NCBI GenBank assembly: GCA_020891255.1
Contig: BQFW01000010.1
Coordinates: forward strand, 1,364,001-1,428,000
Source of the DNA: Entomortierella parvispora E1425
Lineage: Eukaryota; Fungi; Mortierellomycota
Length of the DNA stretch: 64,000 bases
Reading direction: 5' to 3'
Shown: positions 61,479 through 64,000 of the stretch, piece after piece
Numbering within the stretch: position 1 is the stretch's first letter
Layout: each line of letters opens with the position of its first letter
Notes under the pieces: model-generated
The model's input: the letters and a program-made list of their open reading frames with translations, nothing else
What the model was told of the DNA's origin: nothing
Databases searched by the model: none
Position numbers and translations under genes: made by a program

Positions 61479-62806
61479 ATGTAATTGGAGTGCTTCATTT
61501 GCAATTCGGGATTCAAGGACAACCACTCAAGCAAGGATGGTCTCCTCGGAGGGCGCCTCAACATTCTCATGCGAGTACTCATTCAGGAATGGATCAAAGC
61601 TCTGTTAGTGATGTCATCCATCGGGTTTACCTTGGACATGGATCAATTCTCAATTTCGACATTTGACATTCAGCGGAGGACCCATCATCGTGAAATGTCG
61701 ATTTCATCCTTTGACCGATCGACTTGCCAGGACTCTAGTTTCTCTTGTATGATTCCAAGAAAAGTTTCCTGACCACGATTCCCGCATCTACCCTTTTTTT
61801 TCTACAATTCACAGGGTTTCTTTGAGCAGTCAGAAACGTTTGGCCGCCGCCGTCTTGAAGTGCGGACAGCGCAAGATTTGGCTCGACCCTAACGAGGTCA
61901 CCGAGATTGCCAACGCCAACTCTCGTAAGTTTTCCGACAATGGACACATCGACTCTACCCGACACATCATCAGGACAGGATTCTTTCCTAAACGATCTAC
62001 ATCGACGTCTTGGAGATGACTTTTTTTCAACAATTCGGGATGGCAACATGGTCAAATCTCAAAAAGGAGACTTTCAACTTGCGCTTTGTTCGCTGTGACC
62101 CAGTGCATTCTGTTCGACTGCGCTATTCACTGGCCGTTGTCGTATCGCTGTTGTTGTCTGGAGACTCTGGATATTTGTATTTCACACCTATTCTCATACC
62201 GTGTCCAGTATCCGGACCCCAGCATTACCACCACCTCTTTCAACCTTTTGTTGGGCAGTATTCTAATATGTACCGGAATTCGTTATCTCTCCTTGGAAAT
62301 CATCCTCTCTAGGCCAGAACATCCGTAAGCTCGTCAAGGATGGTCTCATCATCAAGAAGCCCCAGACCATGCACTCGCTTTTCCGCCACCGCGAGAAGCT
62401 CGCTGCCAAGCGTGCTGGTCGTCACTCTGGCACTGGTAAGCGTCAGGGTACCGCTGAGGCCCGTATGCCCACCACCGTCATCTGGATGCGCCGCCAGCGT
62501 GTCCTTCGTCGCCTTCTCCGCAAGTACCGCGAGACTGGCAAGATCGACAAGCACTTGTACCACGTCTTGTACATGAAGGCTAAGGGTAACGTCTTCAAGA
62601 ACAAGCGTGTCCTTATGGAGTACATCCACAAGGCCAAGGCTGAGAAGCTCCGCGCCAAGTTGATTGCTGACCAGGCTGAGGCTCACCGCAACAAGACCAA
62701 GGCTGCCCGTACTCGCCGCAACGAGCGTGTTGCCGAGAAGCGTGCTGCTTTCTCTGGTGTTGAGGTCGCCGCTGAGGCTGAGGCCCCCAAGAAGTCCAAG
62801 AAGTAA
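61479..62806 (+). CDS. RPL19: 60S ribosomal protein L19 (eL19); probable exons 61479-61480 (AT), 61815-61924, 62313-62806
   Basis: [53 protein letters not shown]; the start codon split AT|G is inferred from the acceptor phase. Confidence 0.94.
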
Positions 62807-63230
62807 ATTTTGTGCCACTCCAACCCAGTCAAATAAAATTTACCCACCATGGAACCTGAAAACAGCTAGGCCAATCTTGAGAATAAACCCCCAATTGATT
62901 GCTACTTACATCCTTCATCAGTTTTGAGCATTATGTTCTTGCCGACCGAGATACACTAGAATACCGTTGCTAAAGGTCGCAATGACCACCATAATATTCT
63001 TTTCCAGATCCAAAGTCATGTCAGTTGTCTCTTTAGTTTCCGCTTCGGTCAGCGTGTTTGCTTTGCAATTTGAACTATTGCTTATGTTGTGAATTGATTC
63101 GGTGTTGGAGCTCCTTGGTTTAGCAACAGGATAGGCAGTATCCAGACTGACATTAGCCATACAGAAAGGCTGATTGATGTTCAAAAGAGAAAGAGGGTAA
63201 TATTGAGTAAAGAATGAAAGCGAGGTGGAT

Positions 63231-63488
63231 TTATTTGTTCTTGGTCTGACGGTACGAGAAGCGTTTCCTGGTAGGGGCGAATTCTCCGAGCTTGTGTCCG
63301 ACCATCTCGTCAGTGACGGTCAGTGGGGTGTAGTCCTTGCCGTTGTGGATTTGGAACTTGAGGCCGACAAAGGAAGGGATGATGGTGCAGGCGCGAGCGT
63401 TTGTCCGAACAGGGATGTTCTGGGTCAGAGCTTGCCTAAGACCGGGCAGGGCCACGAAAAAGGGGCCTTTCCATGCAGAGCGAGGCAT
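63231..63488 (-). CDS. RSM19: Mitochondrial ribosomal protein S19 (uS19m), nuclear-encoded
   Basis: [46 protein letters not shown]. Confidence 0.93.
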   Translation of the reverse strand: MPRSAWKGPFFVALPGLRQALTQNIPVRTNARACTIIPSFVGLKFQIHNGKDYTPLTVTDEMVGHKLGEFAPTRKRFSYRQTKNK

Positions 63489-63945
63489 TATGAGTTTATG
63501 ATTTGAAATGAGAAGAGGATGGTGTGATAGAGAAGCGATCTGCAAGCCGAGGTGAGTGAGCAAAGTGGCCGAGATGTAGCGAGAAGGACGACAGAGAGTG
63601 TGTTGATCGGATGGATGAGAGCAAAGCTGATAAATGGAAAGGGGATGAAATGAAATGAAATGAATGCAGTGGATTCGTTGATCTGGCCCCGATGGTGGCG
63701 TATGGCTCCTGTGGCACAGGGGCGGGCAGAGTGAGTGTGTTTACAAATTCCTGGAGCCATTCAAATAGACGTCACAAAATTAGCTCGGCTGGATCCTCCT
63801 GTCCAGGAGCAGGGTGCTGTGCCCTGTCCATTCGTCTCGTCCAGCTGAGCTTGCTGCTTGCGCTCAACATACATATTCTATTTTGGACGTTCATCATCAT
63901 CATCATCTCTCTCTTTCTCCCTCATCTCTATTTCTCTACATCATC

Positions 63946-64000
63946 ATGTCTCCCTCAAAGTCTGTTATCCTCGTCACCGGAGGTTCCGGTCTCGTCGGCA
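63946..64000 (+). CDS. 5' end of an NAD(P)-dependent epimerase/reductase, probably GDP-L-fucose synthase; truncated by the window
   Basis: MSPSKSVILVTGGSGLVG Rossmann motif resembles GDP-fucose synthases (ILVTGGSGLVG); only 18 codons are visible. Confidence 0.6.
   Translation, partial: MSPSKSVILVTGGSGLVG

Noticed and set aside
62918-63184. 88-aa minus-strand ORF between RPL19 and RSM19
   Set aside because: No recognisable motif, and no room for further exons before the RPL19 3' end; probably RSM19 3'-UTR.
59708-63488. uS13, eL19 and uS19m genes within 4 kb, reminiscent of a prokaryotic ribosomal operon or horizontal transfer
   Set aside because: The cytosolic genes are intron-containing, typical eukaryotic genes on mixed strands, and uS19m is an ordinary nuclear-encoded mitochondrial protein; no sign of bacterial origin.
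1-64000. CRISPR arrays, rRNA or tRNA genes
   Set aside because: No regularly spaced repeat-spacer structure, rRNA-length homology or cloverleaf was seen. Long poly-T/A runs are intronic or UTR tracts, possibly inflated by sequencing.

Overview
Eukaryotic, intron-rich fungal genomic DNA (~50% GC; GT-AG introns mostly ~80-120 nt, often with poly-T tracts). Gene style and content suggest an early-diverging fungus such as the Mortierellaceae; this is inference. The window holds six paralogous oligopeptide transporter (OPT) genes, two on + and four on -. Housekeeping genes include an HSL-type hydrolase, a cyclin, a PRX5-type peroxiredoxin, Rvs167, Sdh5, a GPI-anchored cell-wall protein, RPS18, RPL19, mitochondrial S19 and the start of a probable GDP-fucose synthase. 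Three things stand out. (1) A complete, apparently recent 6,257-bp AcademH-type DNA transposon (38213-44469) with 553-bp near-identical TIRs and a perfect 9-bp TSD. It carries a RecQ-like helicase and a DUF6589/Academ-type DDE transposase, each with one +1 frameshift, and sits in an OPT promoter. (2) A cluster of three tiny secreted precursors (37, 58 and 65 aa; two are not called correctly by the ORF track) that share a C-x3-C-x6/7-C-x-C core I cannot assign to a known family. (3) A multi-exon orphan gene that by eye resembles the meiotic axis proteins SYCP2/Red1/Rec10. All homology calls are by eye and memory; no searches were run.
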